A stretch of DNA of 54,403 nucleotides from a virus (lineage: Duplodnaviria > Caudoviricetes), in IMG/VR virus record IMGVR_UViG_3300013114_000124, positions 1 through 54,403 of that record; one strand, 5' to 3'. The notes below the pieces were generated by a model, which was given only the letters and a program-made list of their open reading frames with translations, was not told where the DNA came from and searched no databases. Positions 7,011-15,657 of this stretch are shown here, piece by piece. The position numbers and the translations under genes were made by a program. Position 1 is the stretch's first letter; each line of letters begins with the position of its first letter.

Positions 7011-8750
7011 TTATCTTTCCTTAACTGACCAAGTTGAATCTATTTCTAAAGTACAGTTATCATCATCTAACAGGTTTGCTATCTGCCAAAATACAAAATC
7101 GTTCTGATTTAGTATAACAGAAGTCTGTCCTGACCAAATACCTACATCTCTACCTCCTTGAAAGTTGTTAACTGTCCTTACTTGAGAATAAACTGTAGTT
7201 GTAACAGCATTAGCATCTGTCTTCATTAAGAATAGTTCGTAATTATCGTTATTCTTACCGTCTATCAATAAATCCCAATTAACTGTAAACTCTCTAGGGT
7301 TAATACCTATATGTCTTAATCTACCCGCAGAAGGGCTGTCGAAATGTTGTAAGTCTATCGTAGAAAAGTTTCCGTTTAAGTCCACTTGCACATTCTGAGC
7401 ACTTATAACAGTCTGAACCTCAGCGTCGTTGTTTATAGCTCCGCCAACAAAGGTATTAGCTATCCCTATATTGTTATCCCAATCACAAGGTAAATCAGCA
7501 GGGGATAAGTTAGGGAATATGTTACTGTCGTTTGCATCAAAAGCACCATCCCTACTTAATATGGCCCCTTTAACCTGAATAGTTGAAGGATTTGGGAAGT
7601 TGGACACTTCAAAATCACAAAGTGGCGCTAACGTAGGTAAATCACAGTTAATATCAGTTAAAAACCTTGAGTTCATTTGGAATGCTACACCTTCTTTAAA
7701 TAGTGGAGCAGTCATTGTGCCCGCTAAACTTCTAACAATACTTGTAGTTATTCTGTAACCACCTCTCCATAATCCGTGAAGCGTTAATGAAGGTGACCCT
7801 CCAAATCTACCTGTACCACTTTCTAACCCTTGCCTGTAATCATATATGTCCCCTAAACTGGTACAGTTTATATAATTTATCCTAGCAAACTCAAAAGCAT
7901 TGAATCCTGTACTATCATATAGCTCGTACACTTTAGAACCTGCTCCTGTAACTGATACATAGTAGTCAGCACCTAACAAGTTACCACTACCTATAGCTAT
8001 AGATTCAGAAACAAACATTGTGTAGTTATCTTCAGATGATGTAAGACCACTAATATCAAAAGATAGGCCTAATATAGTCATACCTGTAGGAGGCACAGTT
8101 ATCTGTGTACTACCCATATCAATTATACCGTCTAAGAAATATTGCTTAGTTGAATCTATTGTACCACCTAAAGTAGTGTCTTTATTAGCTTGAGTAACTA
8201 ATATTCTGTTATCTAAACCTCCCGCACTAAGTAAAAGGTTATTAATTTCATTAGCTATTGCGTTTCTATCTGACACCCACACAGAGCCATCCCAAACATA
8301 CCAACCTTCAGGGTAGTAATTGCCTCCTAGTGTACCAGGTAGCCAAGCAGTACCTTGAGAGTTTTCTACGTAAGCTATATCTCCTATCTCACTACCTGCA
8401 ATCAGAGCTGAGTAATTATCAGCTTGCTGCTTTATAGGTATACCTCCACCATCAGCGGCAAATACTATAGGGTTTAAGTATAATATTAAAGAGTCTAAAT
8501 CACTAAACGTAGTTACACCGTCAGAGCTATACTCAGAAATAGGTCTCTCCCTAGTTATTACAGTTTGATTTTCATTTACACTACGTATCCCTACAGTTAC
8601 TTCGCTCTTTATTACATTATCAGACGAATCTAATAAAATAGTTCCGTATGTTATAGTGTAGTCTCCTCTTCTATATTCTAGGCCGTCGACATTAAACAGA
8701 GTGTCTGCATCTACGGTACTAGCTTTTACAGTTATAAATTTCTTTGCCAT
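7011..8750 (-). CDS. Putative virion-associated fibre or adhesin-like protein; N-terminal domain shared with 9666..10538
   Basis: Beta-rich G/S/T/N/D composition; GWYVWDGSVW motif; own promoter box TATCTTTG (8780-8787, minus). Confidence 0.6.
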   Translation of the reverse strand: MAKKFITVKASTVDADTLFNVDGLEYRRGDYTITYGTILLDSSDNVIKSEVTVGIRSVNENQTVITRERPISEYSSDGVTTFSDLDSLILYLNPIVFAADGGGIPIKQQADNYSALIAGSEIGDIAYVENSQGTAWLPGTLGGNYYPEGWYVWDGSVWVSDRNAIANEINNLLLSAGGLDNRILVTQANKDTTLGGTIDSTKQYFLDGIIDMGSTQITVPPTGMTILGLSFDISGLTSSEDNYTMFVSESIAIGSGNLLGADYYVSVTGAGSKVYELYDSTGFNAFEFARINYINCTSLGDIYDYRQGLESGTGRFGGSPSLTLHGLWRGGYRITTSIVRSLAGTMTAPLFKEGVAFQMNSRFLTDINCDLPTLAPLCDFEVSNFPNPSTIQVKGAILSRDGAFDANDSNIFPNLSPADLPCDWDNNIGIANTFVGGAINNDAEVQTVISAQNVQVDLNGNFSTIDLQHFDSPSAGRLRHIGINPREFTVNWDLLIDGKNNDNYELFLMKTDANAVTTTVYSQVRTVNNFQGGRDVGIWSGQTSVILNQNDFVFWQIANLLDDDNCTLEIDSTWSVKER

Positions 8751-8899
8751 TATTATCTTGTTTAGTGTGTGTTATCTAGCAAAGATACTAAAAAAATACG
8801 AGGTAAATAAAAACTATTTTACTGTAAAGTTTGTTAAACGTTTGGAATTGTCAAATATATTTCGTATGTTTGTAAAACACAAATAAAAAACACACTATT

Positions 8900-9604
8900 A
8901 TGCAGAACACAAATTACGTTATTTACTACAGAGCTAGTACAGAGAAACAAAGAGATGGTTTAGGATTAGACGCGCAAAAGGCAGCGATAAGCAAATTCTT
9001 AAATAACTACGGAGGCACAATCGTAGATATAGTAGAAGAGATTGTGTCAGGTGGAGCAGACGTAAGAGAAGGTTTTAACCAAGCTTTAAAAGTAGCTAAA
9101 GAAACAAGCTCTACTTTATTAGTACACAGAATAGATAGATTATCTAGGTCAGGATTCATGACCATAGCTTTATTAGAGCAAGAAGGAGTTAACTTCATAG
9201 AAGCTGACGCGCCTAATGACTCTAGTTTCTCTAAAAACATTAAGTTCTTAGTAGCTAAAGAGGAGAAAGAGAAAATCCAAGCTAGGGTTAAAGGAGCTCT
9301 ATCAGAAATTAAAACTAAGATAGGTCAGAATGGATATCACATCTCTAAAGCAGGTAATAAGATTACATCTTTAGGCTCTCCTCAAAACTTATCAGAAGTG
9401 TCTAGACAAAAGTCAATAGTGTCAAGAAGAAACAAAGCTCTTAACAATATTAATAATAAGAAGGCTTACTCTGTAGTAGAGTTAATGGAAGGTAAATCTC
9501 TAAGAGCTATAGCAACATACCTTAACAATAACGGATTCAAAACATCTAGAGGTAAGGACTTCAGCGCCTCTCAAGTATCTAACCTACGTAAGCTTTACTC
9601 TTAA
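8900..9604 (+). CDS. Serine recombinase (resolvase/invertase family) with C-terminal DNA-binding region
   Basis: YYRASTEKQ catalytic Ser motif; GLDAQ; RIDRLSR; C-terminal SLRAIATYLNNNGFKTSRGKDF. Confidence 0.92.
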   Translation: MQNTNYVIYYRASTEKQRDGLGLDAQKAAISKFLNNYGGTIVDIVEEIVSGGADVREGFNQALKVAKETSSTLLVHRIDRLSRSGFMTIALLEQEGVNFIEADAPNDSSFSKNIKFLVAKEEKEKIQARVKGALSEIKTKIGQNGYHISKAGNKITSLGSPQNLSEVSRQKSIVSRRNKALNNINNKKAYSVVELMEGKSLRAIATYLNNNGFKTSRGKDFSASQVSNLRKLYS

Positions 9605-9642
9605 GGGGTACTTGCACATATAAAATAAAAGTTGTATCTTTA
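9603..9642 (+). repeat. Direct repeat copy 1, containing a promoter
   Basis: AAGGGGTACTTGCACATATAAAATAAAAG matches 11192-11220 at 27/29 positions; -7-like box TATCTTTA at 9635. Confidence 0.8.
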
Positions 9643-9665
9643 CCTCTAATATAAAAATATAAAAT

Positions 9666-10538
9666 ATGGCAGTATTAAAAGCAGGAGCAGCAAGCTCCAC
9701 ATTCAATTTAGATGGTAACGAGTATTCTAAAGGTTTATACGAAACTATCTACAGTAACGTAAGTATCTTACCTGACGGAGAGTCAGATGAAAAGGTGCTT
9801 CAAGTAGGTCTACGAAACATAAATACAGGCGAGACTATCCAAGAGCCTATAATGATTAGGGCTTGGAAAAATGGTAGTAATGTAGCTTACACTACACTAG
9901 ACGCCTTGATATCAGATTTAAACTCTTTGGCAGGTGTAGGTTCTTCGGGGCCTTTAGAAGTACCGACATCCTACCCAACAACAGACGCAGCTAAGGCCGG
10001 CAAGACCTTTATATATAAAGGTACGCAGTGGGTGTATCTAAATCAAGAAATGATTAACGACAGAAATTGGCAAAACATAGCTGCAGTAAGTGTAGGATTC
10101 CCTGCTCCACTTGAAGATAGTAGAACAAACTATAAAGTTGTCAGACCAACTGCATCAGCTTGGAACGTATCGGGAGTAGCAGATTTCGAATTGGCCAATT
10201 ATAACTACGTAAATGGTACAGGTGGTGACGTAGAATTTGACGCTATAGGTTACTCCTCTGTACATTTAATGCAATCATTGTCCGTCAATATAGGTGCAGG
10301 TAATACTTTAGTAAAACTTAGAAACGTAGGTCTATGTGCTAATTTAGAAGACGTAGGGACAAGTTCCGCCATGTACTTATCGTCCAAAGGTATGAGTGCA
10401 GCCACTATAGACGACATATTTACTCAGTTACCTGCAACAACAAAAACAGCGACAATTGACGTAAGGTCTAACCCAGGTTCAGCAACTTGCGACGCCTCAA
10501 TAGCAACAGCGAAAGGGTACACAGTAGTGACAGCTTAA
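9666..10538 (+). CDS. Putative structural protein; N-terminal domain paralogous to 7011..8750
   Basis: FNLDGNEYSKGLY...VGLRNIN...LDALISDLN aligns with the paralogue; C-terminal NPGSATCDASIATAKGYTV cap resembles ends of surface-repeat proteins. Confidence 0.6.
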   Translation: MAVLKAGAASSTFNLDGNEYSKGLYETIYSNVSILPDGESDEKVLQVGLRNINTGETIQEPIMIRAWKNGSNVAYTTLDALISDLNSLAGVGSSGPLEVPTSYPTTDAAKAGKTFIYKGTQWVYLNQEMINDRNWQNIAAVSVGFPAPLEDSRTNYKVVRPTASAWNVSGVADFELANYNYVNGTGGDVEFDAIGYSSVHLMQSLSVNIGAGNTLVKLRNVGLCANLEDVGTSSAMYLSSKGMSAATIDDIFTQLPATTKTATIDVRSNPGSATCDASIATAKGYTVVTA

Positions 10539-10540
10539 TT

Positions 10541-11188
10541 ATGAATTTATACTCAGTAGCAATAGGGAAGAAGTACGAAATTGAAGCTAAGAGACTTCAA
10601 GACAGTATGAAACCACTAGATGTAACAGTACTTACAGAAAGAGACGTAGAGAGAAAAAGCGAAGACAATTTGATTAATGGGTTATACCATAAGTCAAACT
10701 TCGCTAATTACATAGATGGTGTAGAAGGCCCTATAGTCTTTCAAGACGCAGATATGTTCACTCTATCAGATAACCCTTTTAAAGATTTTAAAGTTAAAGA
10801 AGACACGGAGCTTGCTTACGTACCTTACGAGGGTACGTGGCACCTCCCTGACGAAATCAGACAGAGCGCTTTCAATTACCACGGGCATAAGATAAATAGT
10901 GGTTTCATGTACTTTAAAGACTTAGAGGTAGCTCAAAAGATTTGTAACCAATGGCGATACGAATATCTTGAAAGAGAGAAGTTGTACGATGTTTTTAAAG
11001 GTACAAGTAAGTATGAGTACGACGAGTGGGCTTTAATGATAGCTTTACAGAAACTAGATAGTATAAAGGTAGAGTTGTTAGACAGCAAGTGGAACGATTG
11101 GTCTTTAAACTTAGGTGACGAGATAGTCGATAATACCTCTATATTCCTACAGAGTCACGGGCACTTAGACATATTAAAAAGCGAGTAG
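10541..11188 (+). CDS. Glycosyltransferase, GT-A fold (GT8-like)
   Basis: DAD (DxD) motif, INSGFMYF, DEWAL, KWN; ATG at 10541 follows the upstream stop. Confidence 0.75.
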   Translation: MNLYSVAIGKKYEIEAKRLQDSMKPLDVTVLTERDVERKSEDNLINGLYHKSNFANYIDGVEGPIVFQDADMFTLSDNPFKDFKVKEDTELAYVPYEGTWHLPDEIRQSAFNYHGHKINSGFMYFKDLEVAQKICNQWRYEYLEREKLYDVFKGTSKYEYDEWALMIALQKLDSIKVELLDSKWNDWSLNLGDEIVDNTSIFLQSHGHLDILKSE

Positions 11189-11191
11189 CTA

Positions 11192-11231
11192 AAGGGGTGC
11201 TTGCATATATAAAATAAAAGACGTATATTTA
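11192..11231 (+). repeat. Direct repeat copy 2, containing a promoter
   Basis: AAGGGGTGCTTGCATATATAAAATAAAAG; -7-like box TATATTTA at 11224. Confidence 0.8.
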
Positions 11232-11261
11232 TAAAATAATTAATTTTTAAACAACAATTTT

Positions 11262-11801
11262 ATGAGAAAAGGAATATCAGCATTCTCTTATCTACCGCCA
11301 CTAGAAATCTTTTTAGATGATTTCTCGCCTTGTAGCACAGAGTCTATTATAACAGCTTTAGAGCACTTAGCTCAAGAACAAGCTAAAGGATTAGTTGACG
11401 GAACTTACAGCGAAACGCTTAGCATGAACACACCGTATACCACTTGTCAGTGGGGATATATAGTTCAGTTAGGTAACGTTGCAGGAGACGTGGCTGTAGT
11501 TAGTGTAGGAGAGAACACACAAGATACTGACGCAATAGGCAGAGCAGGATTAACAACTAGAAGAAAGGTCGACGTAGGTACTACAGTAACAGGACAGGAG
11601 TACACTATCAGGTCTCTAATAGCAGCTATAAACTTCATAGAGAAGTTAGAAGACGAGGTTGCTGAGACAGGTTCTGACACAAGTACAGACGGGACTTACA
11701 CAGACGTTTTATTATCAGGGCCAACTCCTTATAGACAATACAAGTGGACTATTACAAAGTTAGGTATAGTTTACACAATAACACCAACAACAGAAAGCTA
11801 A
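11262..11801 (+). CDS. Hypothetical protein with internal duplication
   Basis: Two copies of a S(I/L)I.A...GTY...TPY....W pattern. Confidence 0.75.
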   Translation: MRKGISAFSYLPPLEIFLDDFSPCSTESIITALEHLAQEQAKGLVDGTYSETLSMNTPYTTCQWGYIVQLGNVAGDVAVVSVGENTQDTDAIGRAGLTTRRKVDVGTTVTGQEYTIRSLIAAINFIEKLEDEVAETGSDTSTDGTYTDVLLSGPTPYRQYKWTITKLGIVYTITPTTES

Positions 11802-11805
11802 GATT

Positions 11806-12345
11806 ATGAGTATAAAGAAAACAAACGCATTACAAGGCTCACAAGCCTTTAAGCAAAGATGGCAAATCGGAGATTATCACCCAATAGAGGCTTACGAAGC
11901 TTTAGCGCATTTTGTGCAGGTTTGGTCAGACGAAGGGAAAGTAGGAGAAGACCAAGATGAAGTTCTTCACCCTGCAGGTAAGAGACCAGGTACAGTAGTA
12001 TCTATTTCTACATCTTACGACGGAGCTACGCAGAGACAGGATTTTGTAATTGAGAACGGCCCTGCACCGGCAGGTTATAGTTTTGAACTTAACTCTAAAA
12101 ACAGAGATATTAAGATTGTTCTTGGCACAGGTACATATTCTTCAGACGCAATAACGGCTTTTCTTAAAGCTGTAAAAAAGATGGAGAAACAAGGGAAAGT
12201 TAAGAATAACTATTTTATTGGCGCAGGCGCAGATATACAAATAGAGTGTAAAGGTAAGAACCCTTTTAAAACGTATACTTGGGAGTATACTAAAGGCGGA
12301 ACTAACGGAGAAGATTACACAGCTATCTATATCGGAGAAAACTAA
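11806..12345 (+). CDS. Hypothetical protein, probable distant paralogue of 11262..11801
   Basis: Same length (179 aa); AITAFLKAVKKME...NPFKTYTWEYTK resembles the neighbour's C-terminal half. Confidence 0.75.
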   Translation: MSIKKTNALQGSQAFKQRWQIGDYHPIEAYEALAHFVQVWSDEGKVGEDQDEVLHPAGKRPGTVVSISTSYDGATQRQDFVIENGPAPAGYSFELNSKNRDIKIVLGTGTYSSDAITAFLKAVKKMEKQGKVKNNYFIGAGADIQIECKGKNPFKTYTWEYTKGGTNGEDYTAIYIGEN

Positions 12346-12370
12346 TAGGTTAATATTAGATATATACTTA

Positions 12371-12398
12371 AGAGAGGTGGGCTTTGCTCACCTTTTCT
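12371..12398 (+). terminator. Intrinsic terminator
   Basis: GAGAGGTGGGC-TTT-GCTCACCTTTTC. Confidence 0.65.
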
Positions 12399-12436
12399 TA
12401 TTTGCATAAGTCAAATATTTTTCTTATATTTACATT

Positions 12437-12985
12437 ATGGACGATAAGCAAAACGAAAGAAGAAGGCATGAAGAGGGAAGTTTGCACCAAAGGGTTGCAA
12501 ACAACCTCTCTATACGTAGAGCACCTCTGAAAAAACAGAAAGCTATGCGAGAAAAGGTTAAAGTGTCTAAAGCTGACTATACGTTTCTTCAGTATAGTTA
12601 TTTAATTTGGAAGTGGGCAATAGCTAATCACGGACTAACTAATAGGGGTATAAACGTTTTATTATACCTACACCCACTAATAGCCTTTGAGTATAGGGAC
12701 TTTAAGTTAGCCCTAAAAGAGTTAGGCTCAACCGACCACAGTACATTTGGTAAGATGAAAAAGGAAGGTTGGATAAAGTTATGGAGTAAGGATGAAAACA
12801 AGAACTTCTACTGCTTAACACCTAAAGCTAATACACTTATAGCTAGAATGCACAGAATGCATATGATGGAGGAACAAATACCGATGTCACCTAGAAGAAA
12901 CGTACTAGCGAAAGAAGAAACTAAAAAAGATAAAGACTTAATGAAATTATTCAAGAAGTTTAACGAGAAAGTAAAAAATAAGTAA
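12437..12985 (+). CDS. Putative winged-helix (MarR-like) DNA-binding protein
   Basis: GLTNRGINVLLYL...MKKEGWI...YCLTPKA pattern. Confidence 0.55.
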   Translation: MDDKQNERRRHEEGSLHQRVANNLSIRRAPLKKQKAMREKVKVSKADYTFLQYSYLIWKWAIANHGLTNRGINVLLYLHPLIAFEYRDFKLALKELGSTDHSTFGKMKKEGWIKLWSKDENKNFYCLTPKANTLIARMHRMHMMEEQIPMSPRRNVLAKEETKKDKDLMKLFKKFNEKVKNK

Positions 12986-12986
12986 T

Positions 12987-13322
12987 ATGGTAGCAAGTAG
13001 AGAGTTAGCTAGAAAAATCCACAAAGATTTTATAAATAGAGGTTGCAAAGAGTTTAGTAGCACGTGGGAAAACTTAGACCCTGCAGATAAAGAGTTTTTT
13101 GTAGGCGCTATGACATACGTACTAGAAGAGGATAAACCCTTAGCATCAGATATACATGATTTTTGGTTAGACTACATGATAGACAAAGGGTGGGTTTTCG
13201 CTAAAAACCTTGATACGGGAGAAAAGTTTTCACCAATGATGCGTAACTACAGAGCTTTAGATAAAGAGTCTAGAAAGAGGTACACAGCCTTCTTTAGTAA
13301 TAGACCCGCTAAAGTAAACTAA
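12987..13322 (+). CDS. RyR-domain protein
   Basis: IHDFW....DKGW.......EKFSPMM..Y..L resembles the RyR repeat H..W......GW.......K.HP.L.PY..L. Confidence 0.6.
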   Translation: MVASRELARKIHKDFINRGCKEFSSTWENLDPADKEFFVGAMTYVLEEDKPLASDIHDFWLDYMIDKGWVFAKNLDTGEKFSPMMRNYRALDKESRKRYTAFFSNRPAKVN

Positions 13323-13342
13323 TAGTAACAAGATAAATATCA

Positions 13343-13379
13343 AAGGGCTTACATGTAAAATGTAGGCCTTTTATTTTTT
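13343..13379 (+). terminator. Intrinsic terminator
   Basis: AAGGGCTTACAT-GTAAA-ATGTAGGCCTT followed by a T-rich tail. Confidence 0.65.
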
Positions 13380-13406
13380 AGTATATTTGTACAAAACTAT
13401 ATCCAT

Positions 13407-13697
13407 ATGCCACCTAAGAAGAAAAAATACAGTGAACTTAGTAAGACAGCTAAGTATTATAGAAATAATCCTGAAGCTCGCAAGAAGAAAGCTAAGACAG
13501 ATACAAAGATAAATTCTAGACCTGAACAAAGAAGAAAAAGGAGAGAGTTAGAGAAGAAGAGGCAAGAAGCTAGAAGAAAAGGTGTTGATACATCTAAGTC
13601 AGACTACGACCACGCAGTTGGCAGGAGAGTAGCTGTTAGTACGAATAGAGGAAGAAAAGAAAAATCAAGACTAAAAGGCTCTAAGAGAAATGGGTAG
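13407..13697 (+). CDS. Small basic protein with a degenerate HNH-like DxDH...NR motif
   Basis: K/R-rich; DYDH...STNRGR; promoter box TATATTTG at 13382. Confidence 0.65.
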   Translation: MPPKKKKYSELSKTAKYYRNNPEARKKKAKTDTKINSRPEQRRKRRELEKKRQEARRKGVDTSKSDYDHAVGRRVAVSTNRGRKEKSRLKGSKRNG

Positions 13698-14457
13698 AAT
13701 TAAAGACATAGTTGTAGACAAGCCCGGCTCTAGGAAAGATTTAGTAGTAGGTTCAGATTTCGACAATTTCGGGGTAACTAGAAACTATGGTTTAGGGGGA
13801 ATAGCGGACGTTATAAACAGAGCGTCAGGTAAGTCTGTTTTTATATATAAGTACACGGAAACCTTATCAGAGCTAGACACAAAAAACGCTGTGATGTCAT
13901 CTGTAAACGGAGATTTAGATTCTGCTACAGTAACATCGTACAGGTTTAGTAGGATAGATGATAACGGTAATGACTTAAGTGATATAGTTACTATATATGA
14001 ACCTAATTCAGACGGAATTGTCTTACAGATTACTTCTGTAGAAGACGCATCTAAGATAGCTGCGTATACTATAGTATCAGCAACTACAACAACAAACTAT
14101 GTTGAGATTCAAGTACTTAAGTACAGAGACTTAACAACAGCAATTTTTGAAAGGAATAAAGAGTTTTCTTTATCTTTCGATTATGTAAACAACAACCTTA
14201 ATGTTACAGAAGCCACTAATACTTCTCAGTTAGTAAATGACGGAGAAAGTGGTAACCCGTTCATATCGGCCTACACACACTCTCAAGGTTTACCCAACAA
14301 TGTGTGGACAATAAACCACAACTTAGGCAGAAGGCCTTCGGTTAACGTGGCAGACTCAGCAGGAACCCTTATGGAAGGGGCAGTCGAGTATATAGATGAA
14401 AACAATTTAACAATAACCTTTAATAATGGCTTCTCAGGAGAAGCGCACTTAAATTAA
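13690..14457 (+). CDS. Putative tail or tail-fibre-associated protein
   Basis: C-terminal WTINHNLGRRPSVNV domain; N-terminus similar to 18536..19810. Confidence 0.6.
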   Translation: MGRIKDIVVDKPGSRKDLVVGSDFDNFGVTRNYGLGGIADVINRASGKSVFIYKYTETLSELDTKNAVMSSVNGDLDSATVTSYRFSRIDDNGNDLSDIVTIYEPNSDGIVLQITSVEDASKIAAYTIVSATTTTNYVEIQVLKYRDLTTAIFERNKEFSLSFDYVNNNLNVTEATNTSQLVNDGESGNPFISAYTHSQGLPNNVWTINHNLGRRPSVNVADSAGTLMEGAVEYIDENNLTITFNNGFSGEAHLN

Positions 14458-14463
14458 TAAATA

Positions 14464-15648
14464 ATGGCATTAAAAAGATTTTTAGTAGATATAGATTTAA
14501 ACAAGAATCAACTGCTTAACGCAGTATTGCAAAACTTAGCTACACCTCCATCTAACCCATCAGAAGCTCAGATGTATTACGATACAGCTGATGACACAGC
14601 TTATATATGGGATGGTACACAATGGTTAGATTTAGCTAAATTACAAAACGCATCTGAAGTACCTTTTACACCAACAGGTAACACAGTGTCAACTGACGTA
14701 CAAGCAGCTATAGAAGAGTTACAAACAGAGATAGACACTATTTCAGGTTTTTCAGGTAACACCAACCTTAGCAACACACCTACAGCTACTCAAGTAACAG
14801 TTGAATCAGACACAGGTAATAATACTGTAATAGCAGCAGCTACAAATTCTGATGCCGGTGTAATGTCAGCGTCAGACAAATCTAAACTAGACGGTATAGA
14901 AGCTTTAGCAGACGTTACAGACTCAACAAATGTAGATGCAGCAGGAGCGGTAATGAATTCAGATACTTCTACTTCAGCTATGAACTTTGTTATAGACGAG
15001 GACGACATGTCATCTAACACTAATACTAAGGTGCCTACACAACAGTCCGTAAAAGCTTATGTAGATAGTCAAGTTACAGGGTCGTTAGTGTTTATGGGGG
15101 ACTATAACGCGTCTACTAACACACCTGACTTAGAAAGTGGCTCAGGAGTTTCTGTAGGTGACACATACGTAGTCACTGTAGCAGGTAACTTTTTCACAGA
15201 GGCAGTACAAGTTGGTGATATGGTGATAGCCAAAGAAGCTTCAGCTAACACACTCGCTAAGTGGTCTGTAGTTAATAAGAACATACCTGACATAGTTGAC
15301 GCATCGACAACATCTAAAGGTATAATAGAGTTGGCTACACAAACAGAGGTTAATACAGGTACTGATGCTGATAGAGCTGTAACACCTGCAACATTAGCGG
15401 GAACACTTGGTGTAACAGGTTCTCTTTCAACAGTATTAACATATACAGAGTTAATAGGGGACAACTCCTCTACATCAATAGTAGTGACTCACAGTATTGG
15501 CAATCAGCATGTTCAGTCTCAAGTATTTGACGCTACTACAGGAGATAAAGTTATCTGTGAAATAGAAAATACAAGCACTAACACTACAACATTTAAGTTT
15601 AACGTAGCCCCAACTACAAATGAACTAAGAGTAGTTATACAAGGATAG
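14464..15648 (+). CDS. Tail fibre protein
   Basis: DAGVMSASDKSKLDGI, PTQQSVKAYVD and ASTTSKGIIELATQTEV..G.D..RAVTP fibre motifs. Confidence 0.8.
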   Translation: MALKRFLVDIDLNKNQLLNAVLQNLATPPSNPSEAQMYYDTADDTAYIWDGTQWLDLAKLQNASEVPFTPTGNTVSTDVQAAIEELQTEIDTISGFSGNTNLSNTPTATQVTVESDTGNNTVIAAATNSDAGVMSASDKSKLDGIEALADVTDSTNVDAAGAVMNSDTSTSAMNFVIDEDDMSSNTNTKVPTQQSVKAYVDSQVTGSLVFMGDYNASTNTPDLESGSGVSVGDTYVVTVAGNFFTEAVQVGDMVIAKEASANTLAKWSVVNKNIPDIVDASTTSKGIIELATQTEVNTGTDADRAVTPATLAGTLGVTGSLSTVLTYTELIGDNSSTSIVVTHSIGNQHVQSQVFDATTGDKVICEIENTSTNTTTFKFNVAPTTNELRVVIQG

Positions 15649-15657
15649 TATTACAAT

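Noticed and set aside
8900-9604. Prophage integrase or IS607-type transposon
   Set aside because: Too short for a large serine integrase, no N-terminal MerR-type HTH or tnpB, and no host genes or att junction in the window
8600-9800. Inverted-repeat crossover sites for the serine recombinase
   Set aside because: The paralogous 5' ends are similar as protein, but I found no convincing DNA inverted repeat by eye
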